A DNA stretch of 64,000 bases, taken from NCBI GenBank assembly GCA_963668335.2, contig CAXXRY010000032.1:32442-96441 (forward strand), read 5' to 3'. Of the stretch, positions 1 to 8,592 are shown piece after piece. The notes beneath the pieces are model-generated. The model worked only from the letters and a program-made list of their open reading frames with translations, did not search any database and was not told where the DNA came from. This stretch comes from Aminobacteriaceae bacterium (GTDB lineage: Bacteria; Synergistota; Synergistia; Synergistales; Aminobacteriaceae). Within the stretch, counting starts at the first letter, position 1; each line of letters begins with the position of its first letter. The translations under genes were made by a program, and so were the position numbers.

Positions 1-2
1 TG

Positions 3-284
3 CGGCCATATGAGATGATGGTGCTTGTGAGCGCCGAACTGGAGGATCCCAAAGAGGAGATCGCGAAGGTTGAAGAGGTCGTGCGCAGTCTTGAAGGGGA
101 AATCGTCAAGACTGATTTCTGGGGGAAAAGGCGTCTTGCCTACCCTATCGACAAAAAAACGGAAGGGTTTTACGCATTGTGCAGCTTCAAACTGAAGCCC
201 GATCAGCTTGGGGAGCTTCACCGTGTTCTTGGTTTGCGCCCGAACATTTATCGTCAGATGACAATCCGTCTTGACGAAAAGTAA
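3..284 (+). CDS. rpsF: 30S ribosomal protein S6 (5' end at or just beyond the window edge)
   Basis: The frame is open from nt 3 (RPYEMMVLV...FWGKRRLAYPI...YRQMTIRLDEK). It has a typical S6 sequence and sits in rpsF-ssb-rpsR synteny. Confidence 0.85.
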   Translation, partial: RPYEMMVLVSAELEDPKEEIAKVEEVVRSLEGEIVKTDFWGKRRLAYPIDKKTEGFYALCSFKLKPDQLGELHRVLGLRPNIYRQMTIRLDEK

Positions 285-296
285 GGAGGCGGCGTC

Positions 297-785
297 GTGG
301 CGAAAGGGTTCAACAAAGTCGTACTCATGGGGAATCTGGCCCGAGATCCTGAAGTGCGGTATACCGCAGGGAAACAGGCCGTTGCAAACTTTCCTCTAGC
401 CGTGAACAGAACGTGGAAGGACAAGAACGGCGAATTCCAGGAAAGCGTTGACTTTATCCCTGTTGTCGTCTGGGGAACCACTGCTGAAAACTGCGAACGC
501 TACCTCAAGAAAGGCAGTCCCGCTTTCGTCGAAGGCAGGCTTCAGGTTCGGAGTTACGAAGCTAAGGACGGTTCAGGGAAACGCTACGTCACCGAAGTAG
601 TGGCCTCTGAAGTTATTTTCCTTGGCTCGAAGAAGCAGGACGCTTCTTCAGGTTCGTTCGAGGACGAGGGGTTCGGCGACAGCATCCGGAAGGATCGCCG
701 CTTCGGCGGCGGCAGTTCGGACGACGACTTCCCGATGGACATTTCCGCGGTGCAAGGTGAAGAGGAAGCAGATATCCCCTTTTAG
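297..785 (+). CDS. ssb: single-stranded DNA-binding protein
   Basis: GTG start 8 nt after AGGAGG. OB-fold N-terminus (NKVVLMGNLARDPEVRYT), Gly/Asp-rich tail and the canonical C-terminal DIPF tip. Confidence 0.95.
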   Translation: MAKGFNKVVLMGNLARDPEVRYTAGKQAVANFPLAVNRTWKDKNGEFQESVDFIPVVVWGTTAENCERYLKKGSPAFVEGRLQVRSYEAKDGSGKRYVTEVVASEVIFLGSKKQDASSGSFEDEGFGDSIRKDRRFGGGSSDDDFPMDISAVQGEEEADIPF

Positions 786-812
786 GTGTTTTTTGAAGGA
801 GGACAGTGCACA

Positions 813-1103
813 ATGGCTATGAATGAAGGCAGAGGCGAAGGCAGGCCCGAGGGCAGAGGCGGAGCCGGTCCCAGAGGGCCTCGAAAGGGCGGAAAACGTC
901 GTCCTAAGGTATGTTTTTTCTGCGTGGATAAAGTTGAGCATGTTGATTACAAAGATGTCGAAAAGCTTCGCAAGTATGTGAGCGAGCGTGGGAAGATCAT
1001 GCCGCGCCGCGTGACGGGAAATTGCGCGAAGCATCAGCGTCAGCTCACCGAGGCAATCAAAAGGGCCCGGTATATGGCCCTCCTTCCATTCTCTCTGGAG
1101 TAG
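813..1103 (+). CDS. rpsR: 30S ribosomal protein S18
   Basis: ATG 10 nt after GAAGGAGG. Conserved S18 core (CFFC...[50 protein letters not shown]). Confidence 0.93.
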   Translation: MAMNEGRGEGRPEGRGGAGPRGPRKGGKRRPKVCFFCVDKVEHVDYKDVEKLRKYVSERGKIMPRRVTGNCAKHQRQLTEAIKRARYMALLPFSLE

Positions 1104-1187
1104 GGAGCCTATCTGAAATGTTCTTTTCGGGGGGAGGAGCCTGGCTTCTCCCCCCGTCCTTTTAGTTTTTCGAAGGGAGGTTGCAGT

Positions 1188-2159
1188 GTGACTTCGACTC
1201 GAAGCCTTGTTGAATCGGCTCTTCTCGCGGGGTTTGCGGTAGTGCTTTTTCTTGCCGCACATTTTCTTCCGATTATCGGGGTAGCGTTTTCTCTTCTTGC
1301 CCCCGCCCCTCTTGTTATACTGGGGCTGCGTCACGATCTGAAAAAAGCTACTTTGGGGCTCGGCGTCTCTACCCTCCTTGTCGGGGCTTTCCTCGGGCCG
1401 CTCTCGGCGCTCTTTTTTGTTCTCGGCTTCGGCGTGCTCGGAGTGGGGCTCGGTTTTCTGGCGAAGCGCTGCGAAAAAGGCGTGGAAGTTCTCTTGTACG
1501 GGATACTCCTCTCCCTGGGAAGTAAACTTCTTCTCATGGTTATCGCCGGAAAACTCACCGGGATCAATCCGTTTCAGCTCGATGGCGCAGAGATGCAGTC
1601 TATGATCGACAAGGTTTTTCAGTTTTATGAATCGACTGGTATGAGTAAGGAGTCGATAGCAGCGGTTCGTGACCAGTTCGCCGAGTCTATACGTCTTCTG
1701 CCCGTCATCTTCCCTACTATTCTGACGATGGCCGCCGCGCTTGACTGCTATTTGAGCTACACTATCAGCTCGTTTGTGCTTAAGCGCGTTGGAGGAACGC
1801 CTCTCCCTCCGCTTCCTCCCTTCTCAATGTGGCGTTTTCCGAAGAGCGTTTTCGGCGCGCTTGTCGCATCGATACTTCTCTCGCTTTTCGGCTCGCAAAG
1901 CGGCGAGTGGAACTTTGCTCTCAAGGCAGGGACCAATCTTCGTCTTCTGGTAAACTTTTTGTTTCTCTTTCAGGGACTCTCTCTTATTTGGTATTTCTTC
2001 TCGGAGAGGGCTCGCGTTCCTTTCGGGCGGGTTCTTCGAACTGTTGTTATAATAATAGTAGTGCTGGTTCCTCTTTTTTCCACCATAGCGGTCATGGCCG
2101 GGATAGGCGATATGTGGCTCGATTTCCGGAGACGTTTCGGAAGGAGTGATGCTTCATGA
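1188..2159 (+). CDS. polytopic membrane protein, YybS/DUF2232-like
   Basis: Multiple hydrophobic helices. It occupies the position between rpsR and rplI that yybS holds in Bacillota. Its stop overlaps the rplI start (ATGA). Confidence 0.6.
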   Translation: MTSTRSLVESALLAGFAVVLFLAAHFLPIIGVAFSLLAPAPLVILGLRHDLKKATLGLGVSTLLVGAFLGPLSALFFVLGFGVLGVGLGFLAKRCEKGVEVLLYGILLSLGSKLLLMVIAGKLTGINPFQLDGAEMQSMIDKVFQFYESTGMSKESIAAVRDQFAESIRLLPVIFPTILTMAAALDCYLSYTISSFVLKRVGGTPLPPLPPFSMWRFPKSVFGALVASILLSLFGSQSGEWNFALKAGTNLRLLVNFLFLFQGLSLIWYFFSERARVPFGRVLRTVVIIIVVLVPLFSTIAVMAGIGDMWLDFRRRFGRSDAS

Positions 2160-2602
2160 AGGTTATTTTAAAGCAAGACGTGAATAAATTGGGTGCATCC
2201 GGCGATCTTGTCGAAATTTCGGATGGATATGCACGAAATTTCCTGTTTCCGCGCAATCTTGCCGACGAGGCCACTCCGGAGCGAATGAAGGAGTGGAAGG
2301 ATAAGGAAGCCGCCAGAAAGAAAAAAGAGGTTCGTCTTGAAAAAGAGGCACGCGAACTCCAGAAGAAACTTTCAGGGCGCGCCGTCAAGGTGAAGGCGAG
2401 TATGGGCGAAAAAGGCCGTCTCTTCGGTAGCATCACGGCCGCCAACGTTGCGGAGAGCATTGCTGCGCAGCTTGATGTCGAGGTGGAGAAAAAAAACCTT
2501 CGCATGCCGGAGTCCGTAAAGCAGATAGGAAGCTATTCTTTTGTTGTTCGCCTCCATCCGGGGATAGAGGCGGAGATGACCCTCATCGTCGAAGGCGAGT
2601 AG
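2156..2602 (+). CDS. rplI: 50S ribosomal protein L9
   Basis: MKVILKQDVNKLGASGDLVEISDGYARNFLFPRNLA is a typical L9 N-terminal domain. Length is 148 aa. Confidence 0.93.
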   Translation: MKVILKQDVNKLGASGDLVEISDGYARNFLFPRNLADEATPERMKEWKDKEAARKKKEVRLEKEARELQKKLSGRAVKVKASMGEKGRLFGSITAANVAESIAAQLDVEVEKKNLRMPESVKQIGSYSFVVRLHPGIEAEMTLIVEGE

Positions 2603-3955
2603 ATGTCGGTCCAGTCCTCCTGGGACCGGATGCCGCCGGTCTCTCTTGAGGCGGAGCGATCCGCGCTGGGCGCCTGCCTCATGGACAGGGAGGCCCTCAA
2701 TATCGTCATAGAAATCCTCCAGCCTGAGGATTTCTATGACACGACCCATCGAGCTGCGTTCGAGGTTATTTTCGGCATGGCACAGCGCGACAAACCCGTG
2801 GATCCGCTTACATTCCTTGAAGAGATAGCGCGCCAAGGGAAGGGTGACCTCTTTGGAGGACAGGCATTTATCGGTTCCCTTATTGACAGTGTTCCCACCA
2901 CGGCGAACGTGGAGTACCATGCGGGGATCGTTAGGGACAAGGCGATCCACCGCAGGTTGATCAGCGCGGGGAATACCATAGTAAAACTCGGGTATACCGA
3001 GGAGATGGATGTCGACGAGGCTTTGGAGGAAGCGGAACGCGCCGTATTCGAGATAGCGCAGAAGCGCAACTCAACCAACTTCAGGCACGTCGCCGAGGTG
3101 CTCGGAAAGACTTTCCAGCAGATAGAGGAGCAGTATAACCGCTCCGATCAGGATGTAACGGGTTTTAACTCCGGTTTTATCGAGCTGGATCGTCTTACAG
3201 GCGGTTTCCAGCCGGGAAGTCTTAACATCGTCGCGGCGCGTCCCTCGATGGGGAAAACTGCATTCGCAGTCAACATTGCACAGTTCGGGGGACAGGGTGC
3301 AAAACGCCCGGTCCTTATCTTCAGCCTTGAAATGGGCGCTGAGCAGCTTGTCCAAAGAATGCTCGGCGCAGAGGCAAGAATCAACATTCACGATCTCAGG
3401 AACGGCTCTTTCCCGAAATCGGCATGGGAATCGCTCGCCGAGGCCGCAGGGAGGCTTGCGGAGGCTCCTATTTTTATCGACGACAGTTCAATGCTCTCAA
3501 CGCTTGAATTCCGCGCCCGGTGCAGGCGTTTCAAGTCGAAGCATAAAGATCTCGGGCTTGTCCTGGTTGACTACCTTCAGCTCATGAATTCCTCCAGGCG
3601 TATCGATAACAAACAGCAGGAAGTAGCAGAAATCTCCAGAGCGCTTAAAGGCGTGGCCCGCGAACTGGAAACCCCGGTTATCGCGCTCTCACAGCTCTCG
3701 CGGGCAGTGGAACAGCGAAACGAGAAGAAGCCGCAGCTTTCCGACCTGCGAGACAGCGGCGCTATCGAACAGGATGCGGATACTGTCATACTCCTTTATC
3801 GTCCCGGGTACTACGATGCAGGGGCGCCGGGAGAAGAGGAGGACAACCGTGCCTTCATCAGTCTCTCCAAGCACAGGAATGGACCGACCGGCGAGATTTC
3901 GCTGGTCTTTCTCCGGGAGTATACCCGTTTCGTCAATGCGGACCGCCGCTATTAA
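2603..3955 (+). CDS. dnaB: replicative DNA helicase DnaB
   Basis: Walker A (ARPSMGKTAFAVN), LEMGAEQLVQRML, SQLSRAVEQR and the RDSGAIEQDADTVILLYRP motif. Length is 450 aa. Confidence 0.95.
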   Translation: MSVQSSWDRMPPVSLEAERSALGACLMDREALNIVIEILQPEDFYDTTHRAAFEVIFGMAQRDKPVDPLTFLEEIARQGKGDLFGGQAFIGSLIDSVPTTANVEYHAGIVRDKAIHRRLISAGNTIVKLGYTEEMDVDEALEEAERAVFEIAQKRNSTNFRHVAEVLGKTFQQIEEQYNRSDQDVTGFNSGFIELDRLTGGFQPGSLNIVAARPSMGKTAFAVNIAQFGGQGAKRPVLIFSLEMGAEQLVQRMLGAEARINIHDLRNGSFPKSAWESLAEAAGRLAEAPIFIDDSSMLSTLEFRARCRRFKSKHKDLGLVLVDYLQLMNSSRRIDNKQQEVAEISRALKGVARELETPVIALSQLSRAVEQRNEKKPQLSDLRDSGAIEQDADTVILLYRPGYYDAGAPGEEEDNRAFISLSKHRNGPTGEISLVFLREYTRFVNADRRY

Positions 3956-4122
3956 GCGCCCTGTGTGCTTGAAGAGAACTCGTTCTATCTGTACAATAGT
4001 TCGAAGAAGTTAGAAATACACGGAGCGCCGTCTTCTTGACTCCGGCCGTCGTTGACGGACTCCGGACGCGGGGGTGCGCCGCGCAGAAACGGAGTTCCAA
4101 AATGCCGGGGGAGAATGATGGG

Positions 4123-5031
4123 ATGGCTGGATTTTTGAACTTTTTGAGGGGTGACATTGCGATGAACGACGGAAACAAGGCGCCGCTCTCCGATCCCAAG
4201 GCGGAAAGACGATTAGCCGATATTCCGGTCGATCTCATTCGACCGAATCCAGCGCAACCCAGACAGTTCTTCGACGAGGCGGAGCTTGAGGAACTTGCCG
4301 CCTCAATAGCGGAGGTGGGCGTTATCCAGCCGGTGGTTCTGATACCTTCAGAGCAGGGGTATGAGCTCGTCGTCGGTGAACGCCGTCTCCGGGCGGCAAA
4401 AAAAGCGGGGCTTTCCAGCATACCGGCAATCATAATGGAGGTTGCTCCGAGGGAGCAGCAGGTGATGGCGCTCATCGAAAATATCCATCGAAGCGATCTC
4501 TCCGCTATCGAGGAGGCGGCGAGTCTTCGCGACATCCTCGATAGTACGGGTTGGAGCCAGACGGAATTGGCAGCCCGGCTTGGCCGGTCCCAGTCCTCTG
4601 TGGCAAACAAACTGCGACTGTTGAAGCTGGAAGAACCCGTGCAACTTCTTGTCTTGCAGGGGAAGCTGGGAGAACGCCAGGCACGCGCGCTCATCGCTCT
4701 TTCCGGCGAGGAACAGATATCCATGGCCCGAACTGCAATAGAGCAAAACCTCGTTGCGGGCGAGGTCGAACGCCTGGTCAAAGAAGAAAGGGAATCCTCG
4801 CCCCGGACCTTTGCAGCGCCTTCTGCGGCGAGAAAAAAAGAGCCCCTTTCCTTTACCGGCCCTGATGGTCCGACGGGAGAGATCCTCAAGGATATTGCAG
4901 AGCTGGTTGAAAAAAGCAGAAAAAAAGGAATTCCCGTAGTCTGGAAAGTAAAGGAGCTCGCACAGCGGGAGCTTGTGCTGGAGTTGGTGGTGGATCTTCG
5001 CAGCATTTCCCTCGCTTCTGAAATCGACTGA
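4123..5031 (+). CDS. ParB-family DNA-binding protein, Noc-like architecture; no adjacent ParA
   Basis: ParB box (ELVVGERRLRAAKKAGL, IENIHRSDLSAIEEA), an HTH (SQTELAARLGRSQSSVANKLRLLKL) and a Noc-type C-terminal segment. A GGGGGAG RBS lies 9 nt before ATG 4123, giving the N-terminus MAGFLNFLRG. ATG 4162 is an alternative start. Confidence 0.75.
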   Translation: MAGFLNFLRGDIAMNDGNKAPLSDPKAERRLADIPVDLIRPNPAQPRQFFDEAELEELAASIAEVGVIQPVVLIPSEQGYELVVGERRLRAAKKAGLSSIPAIIMEVAPREQQVMALIENIHRSDLSAIEEAASLRDILDSTGWSQTELAARLGRSQSSVANKLRLLKLEEPVQLLVLQGKLGERQARALIALSGEEQISMARTAIEQNLVAGEVERLVKEERESSPRTFAAPSAARKKEPLSFTGPDGPTGEILKDIAELVEKSRKKGIPVVWKVKELAQRELVLELVVDLRSISLASEID

Positions 5032-5054
5032 GCAGCTCCTCTATACCAATAGAA

Positions 5055-5104
5055 AAGAACAAGAGAAGCGCTCCGCCGAATTGCGGGGCGCTTCTCTTGT
5101 TCTT
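5055..5104. terminator. long hairpin between convergent ParB-like and glnN genes (bidirectional terminator candidate)
   Basis: The 17-nt arms AAGAACAAGAGAAGCGC and GCGCTTCTCTTGTTCTT are perfectly complementary. An inner CCGC/GCGG extension adds to the stem. Confidence 0.7.
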
Positions 5105-5142
5105 CCGCGTCAGTCTGTCCGGAAGAGGGAATCGGCAATTCG

Positions 5143-7254
5143 TCAGGAAATATTCAGGAGTCTCGTGTATGTCGGGTAGGGCCAAATATCCTTCGCTACA
5201 AGCGTCTCCGCTCTGTCTGAAAGGCTACGAATGTGCACGTACAAGGGAAGCGCCTCCTCGGCGATCATGCGAGACTGTTCATCGATTTCGAGTTCATGCA
5301 TCTTTGCGAGCATTGCGTCGAGCTTTTCAGAAGCGGCGATCAACCCGTTCTTTATCGAAACAAGATCGGCGATGCTCTTCTTCCAAAAGACCGATTCCTT
5401 GATGATTCCCTCTGGAAGCGATGAGAGGGCGCCTTGTTCCAGGAGTATCTGACGGGATATCGCCGGGAGTATCCCTTCCCAGAGCATGGCTCGTATGATT
5501 CCCATTTCGATGGACACTGTTTTAATATGCTGTTCAAGGCGGATCTCGTAGTACGCGACCACTTCGCGCTCGCTCATTATGCCCAGGCTAGCGAGCAGCT
5601 CCCGGTGTTCGGGCACAAGGTAGAGCGCCAGGGCTTCCTGAGTGCTGTTCGCTATCTTAAGACCTCTCTTCTTCGCTTCCTGTTGCCACTCCGCGCTGTA
5701 GGCGTTGCCTTCGAAACGGATTGGACGGCTTTCTGCCGCCGCAAACTTGATCGCGTCGAGCGCCGCTTCAAGCACGTCGACTTCGGAACCCTTTGCTTCG
5801 ATCATGTCGGCGACTCTGTCCATTCCCCACGCCCATGCGGCGAGAAGCATCGTCAGCGGACCGGCGATGGATTGCGGCGCGCCGGGTGCCCGGAATTCAA
5901 ATTTGTTTCCGGTGAAGGCAAGAGGCGCGGTACGGTTACGGTCGGAATTATCCGCCATGATGGAGGGCAGCTTGTTCATCCCCAGATCGATTAATGCCTG
6001 AGCGGGGAGATCGTTCGGCAGTCCATTTTCAACGGCCTCCAAAATTCCGGAAATAGCCGAACCAAGGTATGCGCTCATTATTGCAGGAGGCGCTTCATTT
6101 CCCCCAAGACGATGCATGTTTCCCGGAGAGGCGATTGAGGCCCGGATAAGGCCGTAATACTTTCCGAATCCGAGAAGCAGAGCGCTTAAGAAAGTGAGGA
6201 ACTGGATGTTCTTCCTATGGTTCGTCGACGGTTTCAGAAGGTTGCGCCCTTCACTGTCCATAATGGAGAAATTGACATGTTTTCCGCTGCCGTTGAGACC
6301 GGCGAACGGCTTTTCGTGAAGCAGCAGCGCGAAATCGTGCCGTTTCGCCATCTTTCGCATGACGTCCATGATCTGCTGGTTTTGGTCGCAGGCAAGATTC
6401 GCGTCGGCAAACTGGGGTGCGAACTCGAACTGGCACGGAGCGACCTCGTTATGCCGGGTGGTGATGACGACGCCCAGCCTGTAAAGATCCCGCTCGACGT
6501 CTTCCATGAAAGCGAGCACGCGGGGAGGGATGGAGCCGAAGTAGTGGTCTTCCATCTGCTGTCCCTTGGGGGGAGGACAGCCCAGGATTGTGCGGCCGCA
6601 GTAGCGCAGGTCAAGACGATCCTTCGCGACGGAGTTGTCGATCAGAAAGTACTCCTGTTCGGCCCCGACTGTTACGTGCGCCCATTTTAGACCGCGGTTT
6701 CCGAAGAGCTTTAATATTCGCATCGCACGGGTTTCCACTGCGTCCACAGCTTTGAGAAGCGGCGTCTTGAGGTCGAGCGGGGTACCGTCGTAAGAGATGA
6801 ATACGGAGGGAATACAGAGTGTGCCGCCTTTTTTGCTCATCATGATGAATGCCGGGCTTGAAGGATCCCATGCGCTGTATCCGCGGGCCTCGAAAGTGGA
6901 ACGGATTCCTCCGGAGGGAAGCGACGAGGCATCCGGTTCGCTCTGGATCAGCTCTTTCCCCTTAAAGGATTCGATCGGCATTCCGGTTTCGTCCTTCGAC
7001 ATGAAGGACATGTGTTTTTCCGCAGTGAGCTCGGTCCGAGGATGGAACCAGTGCGTCCAGTGCGTAGCTCCTTTGGAGAGAGCCCACTCCTTCATCGCAG
7101 AAGCGACCATATCAGCGAGTGCGGAGTCGAGTTTCTGTCCTCCCTCGATGGATGCCAGAAGGTCGTTGTAAATGTGCTGAGGTAGGCGCTCCTTCATTGC
7201 TCGTCTGTCGAAAACGTACATCCCGAAAATATCTCGCGCTTTTTCGAATTCCAC
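5143..7254 (-). CDS. glnN: glutamine synthetase, type III (GlnN)
   Basis: 703 aa with the N-terminus FGMYVFDRRAMKERLP...ATHWTHWFHP and a catalytic core (EVAPCQFE...HEKPFAGLNGSGKH) typical of GSIII. Confidence 0.9.
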   Translation of the reverse strand: MEFEKARDIFGMYVFDRRAMKERLPQHIYNDLLASIEGGQKLDSALADMVASAMKEWALSKGATHWTHWFHPRTELTAEKHMSFMSKDETGMPIESFKGKELIQSEPDASSLPSGGIRSTFEARGYSAWDPSSPAFIMMSKKGGTLCIPSVFISYDGTPLDLKTPLLKAVDAVETRAMRILKLFGNRGLKWAHVTVGAEQEYFLIDNSVAKDRLDLRYCGRTILGCPPPKGQQMEDHYFGSIPPRVLAFMEDVERDLYRLGVVITTRHNEVAPCQFEFAPQFADANLACDQNQQIMDVMRKMAKRHDFALLLHEKPFAGLNGSGKHVNFSIMDSEGRNLLKPSTNHRKNIQFLTFLSALLLGFGKYYGLIRASIASPGNMHRLGGNEAPPAIMSAYLGSAISGILEAVENGLPNDLPAQALIDLGMNKLPSIMADNSDRNRTAPLAFTGNKFEFRAPGAPQSIAGPLTMLLAAWAWGMDRVADMIEAKGSEVDVLEAALDAIKFAAAESRPIRFEGNAYSAEWQQEAKKRGLKIANSTQEALALYLVPEHRELLASLGIMSEREVVAYYEIRLEQHIKTVSIEMGIIRAMLWEGILPAISRQILLEQGALSSLPEGIIKESVFWKKSIADLVSIKNGLIAASEKLDAMLAKMHELEIDEQSRMIAEEALPLYVHIRSLSDRAETLVAKDIWPYPTYTRLLNIS

Positions 7255-7358
7255 TTCCGTTCAACTCCTTCCAGCGTTTCTTCGCAAAAAATAAAAACAT
7301 GATGCGTGTTTATACCACTCCACCTGATATTTAGTCAAGTGAAAACTTAAAAGAGAGC

Positions 7359-7409
7359 GCTTAAAAAACAAAAAAACACTTTTTTGTCGATAGTCTATGT
7401 TTTTTAAGC
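7359..7409. promoter_or_regulatory. nested palindrome in the glnN / dehydrogenase divergent intergenic region
   Basis: A perfect 11-bp inverted repeat, GCTTAAAAAAC (7359-7369) and GTTTTTTAAGC (7399-7409). It encloses a second A/T hairpin, CAAAAAA-acac-TTTTTTG (7369-7386). Confidence 0.4.
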
Positions 7410-7619
7410 AGCTTCTTGTGGTATTTTTATGTCTGGAAGGAAAACGGCTCCTATACGCTCTTTCTCCTGCAGGCTCGTTTTGCAGCAAAATGGTGTAAAA
7501 TCAAACGGAGTGTATTGCTATCAGGTGAAAAATAAGCTGATTGCGATCCGTTCAATGTCTTTCTGTAAGGACTTTTCTTTGATGTTCTTCTGAAATATTC
7601 CTACACGAGGAGGAGCAAG

Positions 7620-8588
7620 ATGAGGGTTCTCTTTTGGGGAAAGGAATTTCAACGTTTTTTCGATACGCTCTCCACGGTGTTCGCGCATCATGAGATGAGC
7701 ATCGCGGATCCTCTCGACGACAAGGGGGCCTTGAATGATGCGGAAGTTCTGGTGATTCGCCCTGCTACGGTGGACGACGAGCTGCTCGCCCGTGCTCCTT
7801 CATTGCGTATGGTACAGCAATGGGGGGCGGGTACGGAGGGGATTGATGTTGCAGCCTGTTCAAAGCGCGGGGTTATAGCGTGCAATGTACCTTCTCTCGG
7901 GACAGGGAATGCCGAGGGAGTAGCCGAGGTTGCATTCCTGCACATGTTGCTCCATGCAAAACGGTTTTTCCGCGCCCGAGAGAAACTAATGGAAGGAAAA
8001 GTCTATACGCCTCCGGGGACTGCGCTTTGGGGTAAACGCGGATGCGTGGTTGGCCTCGGAAATGTGGGGAGATCTGTTGCGCTTCGTATGAAGGCGTTCG
8101 GCATGACTGTGAACGGTGTGAATCGTACATCTCCCTTGGAGGAGGGGGTTGTGGATGATTTCTTTCCCCTTCCCGCTCTTGAACAGGCGGTGATAGGATG
8201 CCGGTTTGTTGTGGCCGCGCTTTCGCTGAATACTGCTACAGAGAATATTTTCAGCGAGTCTTTTTTCAAAGCGATGGACAGAGACGCCTTCTTCATCAAC
8301 GTGGCAAGGGGAGGGCTTGTTCGCAGAGACGCGCTTGAAAAAGCTTTGAAGGAAAAGTGGATTGCCGGCGCAGGCCTTGATGTGCTGTGGGAAGAACCGC
8401 ATTCTCCGGCGGATCCCATCCTTATTCACCCCGCCGTCACGGTAACGCCGCATGTCGGGGGAGTGAACGATGCTTCCTTCGAAGGCGTGCTCTCGTTTAT
8501 CGTCCGCAATATCGATCTTCTTGCTTCGGGGAACAGTCCGCTCTCCCGCCTCGACATCGATGGAGCGGGAGCTTCCTCGTCCCGATAG
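7620..8588 (+). CDS. D-isomer-specific 2-hydroxyacid dehydrogenase family protein
   Basis: NAD-binding GLGNVGRSVA motif plus the catalytic region NVARGGLV...LDV...EP...HPAVTVTPHVGG. RBS GAGGAGG lies upstream. Confidence 0.8.
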   Translation: MRVLFWGKEFQRFFDTLSTVFAHHEMSIADPLDDKGALNDAEVLVIRPATVDDELLARAPSLRMVQQWGAGTEGIDVAACSKRGVIACNVPSLGTGNAEGVAEVAFLHMLLHAKRFFRAREKLMEGKVYTPPGTALWGKRGCVVGLGNVGRSVALRMKAFGMTVNGVNRTSPLEEGVVDDFFPLPALEQAVIGCRFVVAALSLNTATENIFSESFFKAMDRDAFFINVARGGLVRRDALEKALKEKWIAGAGLDVLWEEPHSPADPILIHPAVTVTPHVGGVNDASFEGVLSFIVRNIDLLASGNSPLSRLDIDGAGASSSR

Positions 8589-8592
8589 TCAC

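Noticed and set aside
7440-7490. A possible sigma-54 promoter (GG...GC element in GGCTCGTTTTGCA) for nitrogen control near glnN.
   Set aside because: The GG-to-GC spacing is 8 nt rather than the required 10, and the element lies on the strand opposite to glnN.
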